64,000 nt of DNA from Octopus vulgaris (Eukaryota): assembly GCA_951406725.2 (NCBI GenBank), contig OX597827.1, forward strand, positions 38,936,001 through 39,000,000, read 5' to 3'. Below, one piece after another: positions 37,549-49,729 of the stretch (positions are counted from its first letter, which is position 1; every line of letters starts with the position of its first letter). Made by a program: the position numbers and the translations under genes. The notes beneath the pieces are model-generated. The model searched no databases and was not told the origin of the DNA. It saw only the letters and a program-made list of their open reading frames with translations.

Positions 37549-37613
37549 GCGATCAGTTTGTTGAAAAAGGTTGGCCATGACTGAAATACACTGACAAACT
37601 GTTGTAGCTGCAT
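37549..37613 (-). CDS. Candidate first coding exon segment MQLQQFVSVFQSWPTFFNKLI(A)
   Basis: ATG at 37613 has an upstream in-frame stop. Donor |gtgaga follows 37549. 65 nt gives phase 2, compatible with both internal exons. It lies downstream of a promoter-like patch. Confidence 0.35.
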
Positions 37614-38479
37614 CTGGCAATAGCTAGGAGGTTGTAGTAACAGTAGCCAAGATCTCCAAACTCAAAGCAAAACAATGCAGCTGGAAACAATCAAACATAT
37701 AAACAGTGCGATCACGCAATGTGCTGATGCTGGAGAGAGGAGCGGAGTCAGACATGCAGAAGGACTGTTGCATTACAAACTTGCCAAACTCGTAAATGGT
37801 GAAAATAGTGTTGATAATGATTAGGATGATGATTGCAACAATGGTGTTATGATGATGATGATTGTAATTTTATTTATTTTAATTTTTTTTTATCAGATAT
37901 TCAAAAGAGAAGGGGCACTGCCTATGACCTTCATCTCCTCCCAGAGTGGTGACATTGATGCATTTGATGTTCAGCTTAAACAGCTGTAAGGAAAAAAAAA
38001 AAAAAATGGGCAGTGATGAAATTCCAAAGGACAACTGTTTTAGGGAGAAGGAATTTGGCGAAATGTTTAGATGGTGGTGGTGATGGTAATATTGATTATG
38101 ATGACAATGAAGGTGATGGTGGTAATGATGATGATGATAATGATGAAGTGAAGGAAAGGTGATTGTTCTGTCCATTAGATACTCCCCTCCCAAACAAACT
38201 ACCAATCTAGCCCGGCAACTCCCCTAGCTACAAACAGGCCACAAGTCAAATCGATGAAAATAGCCAAAAACATTTTTCAGCAAATGTTTTGGCTGCATCT
38301 CCACACATTTCTCACATTTCTCCATTTACCATAAATTTCACGATACGATAAAAAGAAATGAATTTTTTTCTTTCTAGTTTTTTTCTTTATTTTTTTTTTT
38401 TACTTTTTTCATATCAGAAATACTGTTTGATGTCAGTCTCTTTTTAGATCAATGCTGATCATTGATTTTGCTGGACCAC

Positions 38480-38720
38480 ACCAGAGAGACGTGCTAGCAA
38501 ATTTCTGTCGGGCAGACGGGGCAGGTGGAGTACTAGTGAAAGAGAGAGAGAGGGAGGGAGAAAGTGTGAGAGAGAAACAGGGGAGGAATGACCAATCACC
38601 TCTCTCCATGTAGTCCTGTTATTTGCAGTTCACTCGCATCTAATCGCCCCTTTCATCTATTCTCTATAGAGAGAATAAAAAAAGAAAGTAGCACCAATCA
38701 TTTCCCGAGTAATTCACGTT
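38480..38720 (-). promoter_or_regulatory. Promoter-like patch (CCAAT boxes, GA-rich tract, retained CpGs)
   Basis: CCAATCA at 38592 and 38694, GC-rich gtcgggcagacggggcagg, a GA-rich tract, and SINE-free unique sequence over 37500-38850. Confidence 0.4.
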
Positions 38721-39308
38721 CTAAAACCCTCTTTATATTTTCTTTCTTCTTTCTGTTGTTAGTTTTCATTTCATTTCTTTCTGTTTTTGAGGAAGGGGGA
38801 AAGCATATATTGAACAAACCATTCTTTTTTTAATGTCTGCATTTAATTGTATATATAACCTCTGTCTGTCTGTCAGTCTGTTTGTATGTATATGTGTGTG
38901 TGTATGTATATGGATGTGTGGTATCTACATAAACTTTTATATTTATGTGCGTCTGAGCATAAGTGTGCGTGTGTAGTCAAACACACACACACAAATACAC
39001 TCTCTCGCTCTCTCTGACAACACTGTGTCATCATTTGCCTCAGTTCTCAAACTGATCAAGGCCTGCAGTGAGGTGTATCACCACAGGTTACAAACCTGGG
39101 TTACCTTGATATCTGTAACATTCCCATTCCTATCTTCACCATTTCTTTTGGCCAATATTACCAATGGGACAGACCTACATTGGACAATTTACAAATTATA
39201 TCCTATACCCTATACATTTATCTACTTTGGTCATGTCAGCCTCCCAACCTCCATTATGTTATGGTAATGAGTGCTCTTTCTTTCGACAGTCAACATTAAA
39301 AATGTATT

Positions 39309-39351
<43 letters not shown>

Positions 39352-39355
<4 letters not shown>

Positions 39356-39757
39356 GCTGTGTGGTAAGTAGCTTGCTCACCAACCACATGGTTCCGGGTT
39401 CAGTCCCACTACGTGGCACCATGAGCAAGTGTCTTCTACTAAAGCCTTGGGCCGACCAAAGCCTTGTGAGCGGATTTGGTAGATGGAAACTGAAAGAAGC
39501 CCGTCGTATATATGTGTATATATATATACATATATGTATGTATATATATATGTATGTGTGTGTATCTGTATTTGTCCCTTTAACATCGCTTGACAACCGA
39601 TGCTGGTGTGTTTACGTCCCCGTAACTTAGCGGTTCGGCAAAAGAGACTGATAGAATAAGTACTAGGCTTACAAAGAATAAGTCCTGGGGTCGATTTGCT
39701 CGACTACAGGTGGTGCTCCAGCATGGCCACAGTCAAATGACTGAAAAGAGTAAAGAG
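39352..39757 (+). mobile_element. SINE family A, full length (reference copy)
   Basis: A-box-like tggctgtgtggt, B-box-like ggttcagtcc, central (TA/TG)n and tail gtcaaatgactgaaa. Confidence 0.9.
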
Positions 39758-39769
39758 TATATATATATG

Positions 39770-40035
39770 GTGGACTCTCCTGTTGAAGACAATGTACGAG
39801 CATTCAGCCTTTGCCAAATGACCTGCACAAATGATTTGCTTATAGTGATCAAATGTTTGTGCCACACATTAGCTAGTTCTCTCCGTCAAATTGACATTGT
39901 CTGAACAGGTGCACAGTGTACCATGCAACTGATGAAGTGTTTTCTCAAGAACACAATGCACCATCTAGTCTAGGAATTGAAATCACAATCTTGCGATCAT
40001 GAGTGCAACACTCTAACCACTAAGCCATGTACCCT
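39770..40035 (-). mobile_element. SINE family D-related copy
   Basis: Matches 5130-5432. Confidence 0.75.
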
Positions 40036-40811
40036 CTCTAATACACACACACACAGATATGCATACTAGTAAAACTGATTTTTTGGACACTCATGCTCCA
40101 AAACTTCTAGTTGGCACTGATTTACAAGCAGGAACTTCTAATTCCTGTTTCACAGCACCTCGTATCTTCACAGTACAGTATTAATAAACTTGTATCATTT
40201 ATGCTAACGTACAGGTACCTGTATTTCATTTAGTTATTTAAGTAAATTTAATATTTGTTTAAATTAGAAGTGACCACATCAATTTGGTAAAAATCATTAA
40301 TATAGAAAAGTTTGGGAGCCAAAGGTTCCAGTAATGTTCTACCTGTGTGTGTATATCCTCCTCTGCTGCCACTACCATCATCATCATCATCATTTAACAT
40401 CCATTTTTCCATGTCGGCATAGGTTGGATGGCCTGACAAGAACAGATGAGCCAGAGATCTCCAAGTTCTATGTCTGCTTTGGCATGGTTTCTACAGCTGT
40501 ATGCCCTTCCTAACACTAAATACAAGAGTGTACTGGGTGATTTTTAATTAGAACTAGCACCAGTGAGGTCACTAAGTAATTGATGAGATAAGACCCCTCC
40601 CTCAACTGTGTGGGATATAGACAGGAGGAATAAGGTACTAAGAGAGACAAAGCGCTAGCTATATATATATATGCATTTATGCATTCTTGTGAGTCACTGC
40701 TGGGATGATATTTGTCTTGATCCAATATACTGTGTTTTTAACACAGCAAGTCTATGAAAAGATTTCTTTTCTCGACAAAAACCACAACCTCACACCATTC
40801 TGTGTATCTGT

Positions 40812-40852
<41 letters not shown>

Positions 40853-40855
<3 letters not shown>

Positions 40856-41310
40856 CACAGGCGTGGGTGTGTGGTAAGAACTTGCTTCCCAACATCACAT
40901 GGTTCCAGGTTCATTCCCACTGTGTGGCATCTTGGGCAAGTGTCTTCTACTATAGCCTCGGGCCAACCAAAGCCTTGTAAGTGGATTTGGAAGACGGAAA
41001 CTGAAAGAAGCCCATTGTACGTATGTATATGTGTGTGTGTGTGTGTGTGTATATATATACATACATATATATATATATATATCTCATCATTGTTTAATGT
41101 CTGCCTTCCATGCTGTCATATATCTATGTATGTGTGTGTGTGTATGTATATATCTGTCTTTGTGTCTGTTGTTGTCCTCTACCACAGTTTGACAACCAGT
41201 GTTGGTGTGTTTATGTCCCTGTAAATTAGCGGTCCAGCAATAGAGACTGAAAGACTAAGTACTAGGCTTTAAAAAAAAAAGCCCTGAGGACAATTTCTGC
41301 AACTGAAAAA
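40853..41310 (+). mobile_element. SINE family A copy
   Basis: Head, middle and truncated 3' part, flanked by (TA)n. Confidence 0.85.
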
Positions 41311-41311
41311 C

Positions 41312-41372
<61 letters not shown>

Positions 41373-41995
41373 TATATACACATAAAAAAAAATACATCTA
41401 TATATACATACACAAAATACTAAAATTAAAATTCTGTTTGTATGTGTGTTCCTCAATTTTAGACTGAATAAGGCATTGCATGCATATTTGACAAGCCTTT
41501 GTGTCTGAAAAAGTTTCAAGCAAATCTGAAAATCTGATTCGTAGATGCTTCGAAACAAGAGTAGTTTTGTTCATTATTATACCAACAAGTTTCTAAATGT
41601 TGTCACCATTGCCACAGCAAGGAGAATAAAAAGGATGTGCAGAGTAATACACACACACTCACACAGAGAAAAGATACACATAGACACAAACATACATACA
41701 GCTCTAAGAGACAAAAGGATAATACATTCATGAAGTCTAATACACATGCAACACACACACATACAAACAGTTGCATTAATACAAGCACGCAGATTCAATG
41801 AATGAGTTTATTTACAAAAATAGTATCTATAGTCTTACATAACGTGCGGAAACTATGATTGTTATTTGTTTTCAATAGTTCTCATACACTCAAACATTTT
41901 GCATTTTCTCCTTATGCCTCTGTCTCTCCCTATTTCATTCTCACTTTCATGTAGATAGATAGATAAATAGATAGACAGAGACATAGATGTGTATA

Positions 41996-42486
41996 CAGTG
42001 ATCCCTTGCTACTTCGCGGTTCAACTATTGCGGATTCACGATTTCATGGATTTAAAATATATATATATATGAATGCCTAAAATTTTTCATTAAATTCATT
42101 AAAATATTAATAATAAATATTATTTCCTAGTCTAGGAACAACAAAACAAGCGTAAAATAGCAAAAAGCATATACAGGGGTATTTGAACTTAAGACGGGCT
42201 GTGAATGGTGCAATGGAGAGAGATGACGAATCACAGCTATTTTGTAATCTGGCCTGTGTAACAGTAACAATCATTATTTTTTTAATCTAAAGTGTTATTG
42301 CTTAACAGTTGTCCTTGTTATTAATAGACCACTGTAATGGGTGGATTGTTGACAATACAGGGAGGGTTTTAAAAGTCCAAATACACGTTAAATAAATACT
42401 GTAAATATGGTGTCCCTACTTTGCAGAAATTCAGTTATCGCGGCCGGTCTCGGAACCAATCTACCATGATAAATGAGGGATCACTG
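41996..42486. mobile_element. Tc1/mariner (pogo/Tigger-type) MITE with TA TSD
   Basis: TA|CAGTGATCCCT...AGGGATCACTG|TA, an 11-bp perfect TIR that extends imperfectly. Confidence 0.85.
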
Positions 42487-42719
42487 TAATATATAGTGAA
42501 CATATTTAAGTATGAAAGACACAAATGTGTTTCAGTTTTATCTTTTTTATAACAGTTTTTTTCATATTTTCATAGAAGTTTCTTGCAGTGAGTTTGGAAC
42601 AATAAAATTCCTAAATATATACTTAAGAGCTCCCTTTCTTTATTCCATGCTTGCACGGATTACACAGATATGTTCTTCGAGGCATTGTTTTACAACCAGA
42701 TACCCATCTCTCTCACTGC

Positions 42720-42762
<43 letters not shown>

Positions 42763-43137
42763 ACGAGTATGGTCTCATGTGTGTTTATTTACATTTGCAT
42801 TTCTCAAAAAAAAAAAAAAAAAAATCACTGAAATACAAGTGGTGATGTCATTTCTCCTGTCAACAAAATATCTGTTGGCTTTGAGCCTTGAATTAGGGAT
42901 CTCTTAAGGATAAGTGACAGGAAGTGCATCCAACTGTAAAACAATGTTCCAATAAGTATATTTGTCTGACCCATGTTAGCAAAGAAAAGAACGAATGTAA
43001 AAAGTGAACATATGGTGAGTGTGGGTGCATGTATGTATATATGTAAATTAATGTAAATATTTAATGTCTCAGGTTAAGGTTGCAGGTTGAGGCTTGGACT
43101 TCAGTCATTTCAGAAGTTGCGAGTCATTTTCTTCCAT

Positions 43138-43535
43138 AGGCGTAGGAGTGACTGTGTGGTAAGTAGCTAGCTTACCAACCACATGGTTCTGGGTTCAGTC
43201 CCACTGTGTGGCACCTTGGGCAAGTGTCTTCTACTAAAGCTTCGGGCCGACCAAAGCCTTGTGAGTGGATTCGGTAGACGGAAACTGAAAGAAGCCTGAC
43301 ATGTATATATATATATATATGTATGTATATGTTTGTGTGACTGTGTTTGTCCCTTCAACATCGCTTGACAACCAATGCTGGTGTGTTTATGTCTCCATCA
43401 CTTAGTGGTTTGGCAAGAGAGACCGATAGAATAAGTACTAGGCTTACAAAGAATAAGCCCTGGTGTCAATTTGCTCGACTAAATGCGGTACTCCAGCATG
43501 GCCGCAGTCAAATGACTGAAACAAATAAAAGAAAA
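43138..43535 (+). mobile_element. SINE family A, full length
   Basis: High similarity to 39352-39757. Confidence 0.9.
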
Positions 43536-44731
43536 AAAAAAAAGAATTTGCAAGACTGACAGATGTCACTCCATCTATCTTTCAGGATGCATGCACACAC
43601 ACACACAGAGTTACATTGTCTGTTCCCTTATATATGTGAGACTACATTTTTCAACACATCCTTTCCTAATTAAAGAAGGTAGTGTGTGATTTGATGTAAA
43701 TTCAGCTGTTCTGTCTAGAAAGTTACATGCCAGCATTGGAACCTTTCCATGTTGTCTCTAAGTAAACTCTGACGCTGTATAGCCTCAAATGAAATATAGT
43801 CAAAAAGCTATGATGAAAGACATTCCAGACATGACACTTGCATCATTTGTATGTTAAAAACTTTATTGCTCAATTGTCTTTATATATGAATGTGATTTGT
43901 GAAGGTTCAGGCTGCTGTTTCCAGCAATTTAAATAACTATGTATCAGCTGGTGTTCAACAAAATTGCAGAAAAAATATTTCTGCCTCTCTCCCCCTCTCA
44001 TTCCATCTTACACATTTTATTTCATATCTTCTCAGCAGGTGGTTGAACTAACAGGTTAGTCAGTTCATTAATTCAGTGGCCATCTCAAGAGACAGTGTCT
44101 TATATTGAATAGATAATTGATATTTTAAAGTTCTTATATCAAAATCAACTGTTTACTTATATACAATATACACACATGGAGATTCCATTAGGAACAGAGG
44201 GAACCAAAATTAAACTAAGATACTCAATACATCATATAGAGGATATATTAATAAATGAAAAGAGACTCTTTACTAGGACTAGTGCTGATACATTCCTGGG
44301 GAATTAATTTATCAGCTCTGAAAGTTTTTAATGTAAATATGTTTGTGTCCAAATGAGGTTGGACAAAACCAGTTCAATAGCATTTGTAGGTATGATCAAT
44401 TAAATGGTGTAGGGATTGATAGAAGAGTAAATTTATAATAATACCAAGGCAGGAATAAAAGAAGAAAAAAAACGGTCTAGAGTGGGGTGTAAGAGAAGGT
44501 GCAAAATATCACAGTAATGTAAAACTAACAAAAGAATGTGTGAAGAAAATAAACAGATTAATGAATAATATTTTACAGACTACAAAGTAAATTTTGAATG
44601 CAATGTAGCCGTGAAAACAGCAGAAAGATTGGGTATTTTTATCCTTATAAGATGGAAAAAGTTACCAGCAGGCGGCTAATAAACAATATACACACACACA
44701 CATACACCACGTATGTGTGCATGTGTTTATG

Positions 44732-44766
<35 letters not shown>

Positions 44767-44964
44767 TTATGTGTGTGTGTGTATGCATGTATGTGTATAT
44801 ATATATATGCATGTGTGTGTGTGTATACATATGTGCGTGTGTGTGTGCATGTTTGTATATATATAAATGTATGTACTGTAGTATTTATTTGTGTATTGTA
44901 GCCCAATTTTTTTTCAGTAACAACTAAGTATAAACTAGTGTGACTTATTCACAAGTAAATATGG

Positions 44965-45205
44965 TATCATCATCATCATCATTTAGCGTCCACTTTCCAT
45001 GCTAGCATGGGTTGGACGGTTCAACTGGGGTCTGTGAAGCCAGAAGGCTGCATCAGGCCCAGTCTGATCTGGCAGTGTTTCTACGGCTGGATGCCCTTCC
45101 TAACGCCAACCACTCCGTGAGTGTAGTGGGTGCTTTTTACGTGCCACCCACACAGGAGCCAGACGGAGCAGGCAAACAGCCACGGACGGATGGTGCTTTT
45201 TACGT
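44965..45205 (-). mobile_element. Repeat family C copy (young)
   Basis: Reverse complement of 16485-16678, with (CAT)n at the start. Confidence 0.85.
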
Positions 45206-45929
45206 GTGTGTATATATATGTATATGCATACACACACACACATATATATATACATATGAAATGGAGCAAAAAAAAAAAAGAAGACAAGTGAGGTTCATGA
45301 TTAAATGATCAAAATATTAGTCTGGTGCCTGGAGAAGTGGAAAGGGTTAACTATGATGCTTCAGACATTGTCCTTCAACACTTTGTTGGCTGTCTTACAT
45401 GGTAGCTGTTGATTGACCAGAAGTAGCTGGCTGCCCATGTTTGGTGTTCAAAGACTAGAGAGCAAACAGGAGGTGAACAGTGTATCTCTACATGTATTCA
45501 TGAGTGGGAGTGTAGAAAAATGGTTTTATGTGAGTGTATTCACGTGTGTGTGTGTTTGTGCATGCATGCGCACATGTGTATATGATATAAAATGTTGTTT
45601 TAGTGTTGGTTTGTATGCATGTGTGCATGTAAGCAAGATAATTACTGTGTGCGTGTTTGTGTAGTGCATGTGTACGTGGCCAGCCATGTGTGTTGAACGT
45701 GTAAGAGAACATGTTTATATTTTGTTCAATGTATGTTTTTGTGTGTGTTTGTGTTTGTGTGCATGTGTGTGTAAGTGGGCAGGGTGTCTGAAAGGCATAT
45801 GTGTTTTGAGAAAGAAAATAAAATGCAGCTCTTGGTGAAGCTTGGAATTTGAGGATGTAGTGTGTGAAGCCAAAAGCCAAGCAAAATATGTGTTAAGTGG
45901 TCCACAGAATAGAAACAGCAAGAGACAAA

Positions 45930-46620
45930 TGCTTAGTTGCTAAGCCATATGCTCCACAAACAGGTCAGTCGAACGGCAGCTGGTTTGATTGATATAGAAG
46001 ACATTGCAGAGGGAGTATTTGAGGCAATTGGTTAACACTGATAGAGGTAGGTGCAGTTTTCAAATTTGTATATATGGAAGGTGCAGACGTTGGATCCAGT
46101 AAGAGAGCTGGTGTTGTTGGTGTAAACATAGGTACTGCAATGGGCCAAAGACAAGAGACAAATGTGGATAGAATACAAGGAGTGGAAGGATCAGTAAGTT
46201 GTATAGGCTGTGTATCTATACAAGGGAGCAAGGCAGGGGTGGGTGGATCAGGTTAGGGGAGGATAGTACAGCTCTTATGGCAGAAGAATAAAGAAGTTAA
46301 GAGGTGATAAATATAGAGAGAAGAAAGGTAGTTAGGGGAAGACAGGAGTGTAGCTGAATAGACTGGAGAGATGAAGGCAGCTTGGACTAAGAAGTGGGAG
46401 GGATATCCACTCACAATGTAGAAAAAGACCACATATTGGGAGTGGGTCTAACAGTCATGGTTGTAGTTGCACAAATGACAAGATGGAGGAATTGGGAGCA
46501 AGAAATAGCATGCTTAGTGTGGAGGCGTTAGGAGGAAGAAAAGTCAAGCTAGGAGTGGCAGTCAAAAGAAGGTGATGGAGGGAAAGGAGTGGCTGACATG
46601 GTCCATGAAGTCTTCTAAGA
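45930..46620 (-). mobile_element. Penelope-like element remnant (GIY-YIG endonuclease region)
   Basis: Minus frame CNVFYINQTSCRSTDLFVEH resembles the PLE motif CxxxYIGETGRxLxDRFxEH. Upstream CSTYVYTNNTSSLTGSN. Frameshifted. Confidence 0.65.
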
Positions 46621-46929
46621 TTTATATATATTCTTATACACACACACACACACACACACACTAATGTTCATTTCTATGTCAAGTTATATATAAAAACAAT
46701 TTAACTAGTTAAACTTGTACCATACTGGTGTTCCTTTCAGATGTGAGTTTTCTATTCTCAGTCGCTTAAAAACCATGGAAACTGGAATGAGTTCTTGCCT
46801 AGTGTGCCTGCAGTCTCAAAACAAACTTTATTGCGATCAGTTTTCATTACTTCCACTTCCACACGTTTCATTTATTTTCAATGATGGCACTTCCTTAGAT
46901 AGCTGTCATCCTCCATACATATAACATTT

Positions 46930-47960
46930 GTACTGTGCAGTCTTCCTTCTTGCACACTTCATCTGATTCTGCTTATACCGTTTTCCCTCTCAGCTTATTT
47001 GTACTTTGACATTCAGGCAAACAGATACTACACATCCAGCAATGCTTGCTCACTTTTCTTTCTAGCCTTTGCAAGTTCTCTACATTCACAGTTCTGTCTC
47101 ACACCAGCATCTTACCACGTGCCCTCCATGCTAAAGAAGCAGCCTTCTGTTGCCAACAGAGGAAGGAATTAGCTCCCTGAATTTTCCTAGCCCATTCTTA
47201 CTTAAGCTACTAAATTTCTGAGCAACCCTCCCATATGCTAATTAGGTCACTAAAGTACCAGACACTATCTACAAGAGAGTTATCTAAGCTATTTGAGAGA
47301 ATCTATTTCCTGAAAGCTCTTAATGCTTACGGCTCTTGTTATCTGCTGCATATGAGATTGTAGGTGTTCACATTGTAATTCTTATAAGTCTATGATGCAC
47401 AATGTATGGAATTTCTACTCACTCCTTTTCTGCATACAGAACACAGTAATTTCCTTGATGGTATCAGGGTTCTGTCTTCCTTCCTGCTTATTTAAGCTTT
47501 TAAGTTCACTTTCAAGTCCTTTTTAGTTTTCTTTTGAGGCTAGAATATTTGTTCTAAATTTTCAAGTCATTAGAAAATAGGAGTTCCCAAGGATGGCTAG
47601 TCCTTAAGTTGCTCTATTTTAGCTAGAAGGACTTTAATAAATGGGAGGTGGCTCAGAATTGAGTCCTAGTGAACCTCTAGTGGCATGATGAACATGTTGC
47701 CAACTATTACCTTACTGATTGCACTTCAATACATGGCTTGCACAGCTCACACAAACTATTTATCTACCCCTACCTTCCTTAGTGGCCACTAGATCATTGA
47801 GTGAAAGATTCTGTCAAATACTTTCTAGACATTACAGGAGAAATTACGATAAACACAAGTTTATATCATTTGTCCCTACATATGTTTCACCATTGTGGTT
47901 GTTTGGTATTCTGCAATGGATGTTCTAAGTGCAATTAGATGCTTAACCACAACAGATCAC
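46930..47960 (-). mobile_element. RTE-clade LINE remnant
   Basis: Minus strand VDSVWYFSDLISIWEGCSE resembles the RTE motif VDSFxYLGDxISxxGGCxE. An adjacent KFREL-like stretch is present. Heavily decayed. Confidence 0.55.
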
Positions 47961-48215
47961 CAGGGAACATTAGTCCTCTAACTAAAGTGATCCAAATAAT
48001 TGCAATAGGGAAACATGTATAGGAACAAATAATACAAATGAGTACTTATCATAATTTCTCATACATTTGCTCTGTATATCTTAATTACCAATACTACTAA
48101 GCACATTAGTTGCGTAACCACTATACTGGAAGCAAACTGGATAAGGATTTTGTACATGGAGCTCTAAACTTAACGGTAGCAGTCATATATCTATTTCTAC
48201 ACACAAACTACACGT

Positions 48216-48600
48216 GGGAGTGGCTGTCTGGTAAGTAGCTTGCTTACCAACCACATGGTTCCGGGTTCAGTCCCACTGCGTGGCATCTTAGGCAAGTGTC
48301 TTCTGCTATAGCCTCGGGCCGACCAAAGCCTTCTGAGTGGATTTGGTAGACAGAAACTGAAAGAAGCCCTTCGTATATATGTGTGTGTGTGTATATGTTT
48401 GCGTGCTTGTGTTTGTCCCCCCAACATCGCTTGACAACCAATGCTGGTGTGTTTACGTCCCCGTAACTTAGCAGTTCGGCAAAAGAGACCAATAGAATAA
48501 ATACTAGGCTTCAAAGAATAAGTCCTGGAGTCAATTTGCTCAACTAAAGGCGGTGCTCCAGCATGGCCACAGTCAAATGACTGAAACAAGTAAAAGAGTA
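48216..48600 (+). mobile_element. SINE family A, full length
   Basis: High similarity to 39352-39757. Explains ORFs 48197-48589 and 48244-48492. Confidence 0.9.
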
Positions 48601-48735
48601 TTTCTGTTGAAGAGCGTAGGCTCGAAACGTTAAAGACTTGTTTTATTTATATTTCCTGAGCGCCATACTAATACAATTGTTCGTTTGTTTTCCACCTGCC
48701 TTCGTCTTTTGTCTATTTTCATAAAGCTTCCCGTT
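48601..48735 (+). mobile_element. Penelope-like terminal remnant with minimal hammerhead-like motif
   Basis: ttt-CTGTTGAA-GAGC-gtag-GCTC-GAAA-CG-TT-aaag, then cctgagcgc, ending in (TA)n. Confidence 0.6.
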
Positions 48736-49254
48736 ATATATATATATATATATATATATTTACAACAGAAAAGGCTTACGTGGTCTTTATGTGTATTTCC
48801 ATCTTCTCTTCCTTTCTTTCTTTTGAATATAAGTTATCAGTTGATTGCATCTCCACTACTACCATAATGCTAAATCCCTGTCTTTCTCTTCTGCCTCTTC
48901 CTGCTCCTCTCTGATAGCCTTTTCTGCTTCCATTCTTCCTCTATCCCCCCCCACTCTGCTTCTCGCTCTTTCCATTGAGGACTTCTCTATCTCTTTCTTT
49001 CTGTCTCCCCCCACCTTCTCTTGCTCACTGCTTTATTACTATCAAATCCTTTTACTTTCTTCCTACCCCTCTCTTTCTCTTTTATTATTACCACCTCCTA
49101 CTTTCATTCACTTGCCTCTCTTTCTTCCAGTATTTGTTGCTTTTGTATTCATTTAATTTTAATTAATTAAAGCAGGAAGTTAAATTTTGTGGGCGCAAGT
49201 CCATGACTAAATGTAGTATTCCCTTTTATTAGCAATTCATATACATTAACTCTT

Positions 49255-49468
49255 TCTAATTTTGGCACAAGGTCATCAATTTTGAGGAAATGGGGGAAGA
49301 TCGATTACATCAAGTCCAATGCTTGATTGATACATATTTTATTGACCCCCAAAAGGATGAAAGACCAAGCTGACCTCAGTAGAATTTGAACCCAATATAA
49401 AAAGCCAGAAGGAATGCTGCTAAGCATTTTCTCCTATGCACTAATGATTCTGCCAGCTTGCTGTCTTA
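49255..49468 (-). mobile_element. SINE family B copy
   Basis: tggcacaagg...aaaggatgaaag...gattctgccagcttg. Confidence 0.75.
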
Positions 49469-49729
49469 ATCCATACCCGTTAATAAAAATACAATTGTAG
49501 GTTAAAAGGAAATTGAAAAATTTAAATTTTAAATATAAATGCAATTGCTATGTAAAAGAAAAAATGCAGTGGTTTTGCAAATGTGGTGAATGTCTAATTA
49601 AAATGTAAGAAGATATGGAAAAGTAAATAAACCAAGAGGGGAAAAGGGAAACTGAAAGACAGAAAGAGTGAGAGAGATAGAAAAAGATAGCAAGTATGTA
49701 ATGGAGTCTGAGCCACATTGAAATTTTCA

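Noticed and set aside
37879-38205. His-rich ORF
   Set aside because: It derives from (GAT/GGT)n trinucleotide repeats in a probable UTR or promoter region.
39352-39430. tRNA-like A/B boxes at SINE heads
   Set aside because: These are parts of SINEs, with no complete cloverleaf or acceptor stem.
44040-44060. Possible 16-nt plus-strand microexon (cag|GTGGTTGAACTAACAG|gttagt)
   Set aside because: Isolated, not a multiple of 3, and no + strand gene model to host it.
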